From Patescibacteria group bacterium (GTDB lineage Bacteria > Patescibacteriota > Microgenomatia > Levybacterales > UBA12049): a stretch of DNA of 64,000 nt. Position 1 is the first letter of the stretch, and every line of letters starts with the position of its first letter. Position numbers and translations under genes: made by a program. The notes beneath the pieces were generated by a model. The model was not told the DNA's origin and ran no database searches. It saw only the letters and a program-made list of their open reading frames with translations. Below, in pieces: positions 63,086 to 64,000 of this stretch. The DNA is taken from assembly GCA_035946335.1 (NCBI GenBank), contig DASYZL010000022.1, positions 401 to 64,400 on the forward strand. The letters run 5' to 3'.

Positions 63086-64000
63086 CGAAAAAGAAAAACG
63101 AGGGCAACAAATGCCTCACAAACATCTGTTATTATAGCAGATGCGATGTAACCATAACGAGGGATAAAAAAGAGATTTAAGATAATATTTGCCAACATGA
63201 ATATGGCGTACGCTTGAGCAAGAAATCGTTGCTGTTTCTTTGCAACCAGCATCCACTGCATAATGCTTGTAAGAAAAAATACAGGAAGAGAAATAAGAAG
63301 GATCCGAAGCGGTATAACTGCTTTGATAAATTCAGGTCGTAAGAGATAGAAGATCAACGGGGAAAGAAACCAGAAGATACCGGCGACGAGAATGCCGAAG
63401 CTGATAAAGATAAGATAATATACTTTTTCGTTTTTAACTTTATTTCGAATATTTTTCCGCTCCTTAAGCATATGCGGATAAAGGCTATTTGACAAAAATA
63501 GGGGCAGTGTCAGAAGAAAGTCAAACACGCGATAGGAAGCATCATACAAGGCAATATCTGTGGAAGGACGAAACAACGAAAGCAGGAACATATCAATACG
63601 AAAGTAGACCATATTGAAAAAAAGCATAAGGGCAACAGGAAAAGTCTCTCGGAAAAGCGTTTTCATAAAAGTTTTATTTGACTTTGTTGCTCTATATAAA
63701 AACCTGGCAGAAAATAATCCAACAAAGGCCTGTACATACATGCCTGTGAGAAATGCGATCAAAATCCACATGAGTGACATATGTATGATTGTAAGCAACA
63801 ATACGCCAAGTAAGGTACACAGTGAACCAACCAACGTACTAATAAATACTTGCTTATAGAGAAAGTACTTCTGGAACAAAGCACTTGTAGAAAAAATAAT
63901 TGCCTGTGCAAAAAGAGAGAGGGAAAAAAGAAGGATATTTGATTTGTTCTCTAAAGAAAAACCAATACCACTCAAAGCATCATATGGCAGGAGATAGGTA
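63082..64000 (-). CDS. Polysaccharide/lipid-linked oligosaccharide flippase (Wzx/MOP-like), N-terminus beyond window edge
   Basis: 297 aa visible with at least 8 TM helices; a full-length Wzx is about 420-480 aa, so the gene probably continues past 64000. Confidence 0.55.
   Translation of the reverse strand, partial: TYLLPYDALSGIGFSLENKSNILLFSLSLFAQAIIFSTSALFQKYFLYKQVFISTLVGSLCTLLGVLLLTIIHMSLMWILIAFLTGMYVQAFVGLFSARFLYRATKSNKTFMKTLFRETFPVALMLFFNMVYFRIDMFLLSLFRPSTDIALYDASYRVFDFLLTLPLFLSNSLYPHMLKERKNIRNKVKNEKVYYLIFISFGILVAGIFWFLSPLIFYLLRPEFIKAVIPLRILLISLPVFFLTSIMQWMLVAKKQQRFLAQAYAIFMLANIILNLFFIPRYGYIASAIITDVCEAFVALVFLFR

Overview
This 64 kb window looks like a gene-dense bacterial chromosome of roughly 40% GC, with about 60 CDS on both strands. 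Most of it is recognisable core metabolism (FtsH, TrpRS, Tgt, MurD/MurI, XerC/D-like recombinase, NrdR and class II RNR with a PduO adenosyltransferase, GAPDH, two tandem PBP1A paralogues, Rpe/RpiB/ribokinase, SmpB, RuvABC, LepA, bL25, ValRS, GDH, aldolase/PGK, Nth, RNase HI). I found four tRNAs (Met-CAT, Ile-TAT, two class II Ser-like), a tmRNA directly downstream of smpB, a cobalamin-riboswitch-like element between nrdJ and pduO, and a second unidentified structured RNA of about 250 nt. Several features (DUF4012 protein, class II RNR, short ValRS, many small overlapping genes) suggest a reduced-genome, possibly Patescibacteria/CPR-like organism; that is an inference only. I saw no CRISPR array, transposase or rRNA. 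The candidates most worth follow-up are: a VirB2-like pilin-like / VirB6-like membrane protein / GC-rich 1079-aa protein / PKD surface protein cluster (41.8-49.4 kb); an orphan VirD4-type coupling-ATPase operon with zinc-ribbon partners next to xerC-like and tRNA-Ile(UAU) (12.4-18.7 kb); and a SpoIID / bPH / pseudo-PP2C-propeller envelope operon (33.8-38.3 kb). All calls are from manual reading of the sequence and the ORF track, and no database searches were run.
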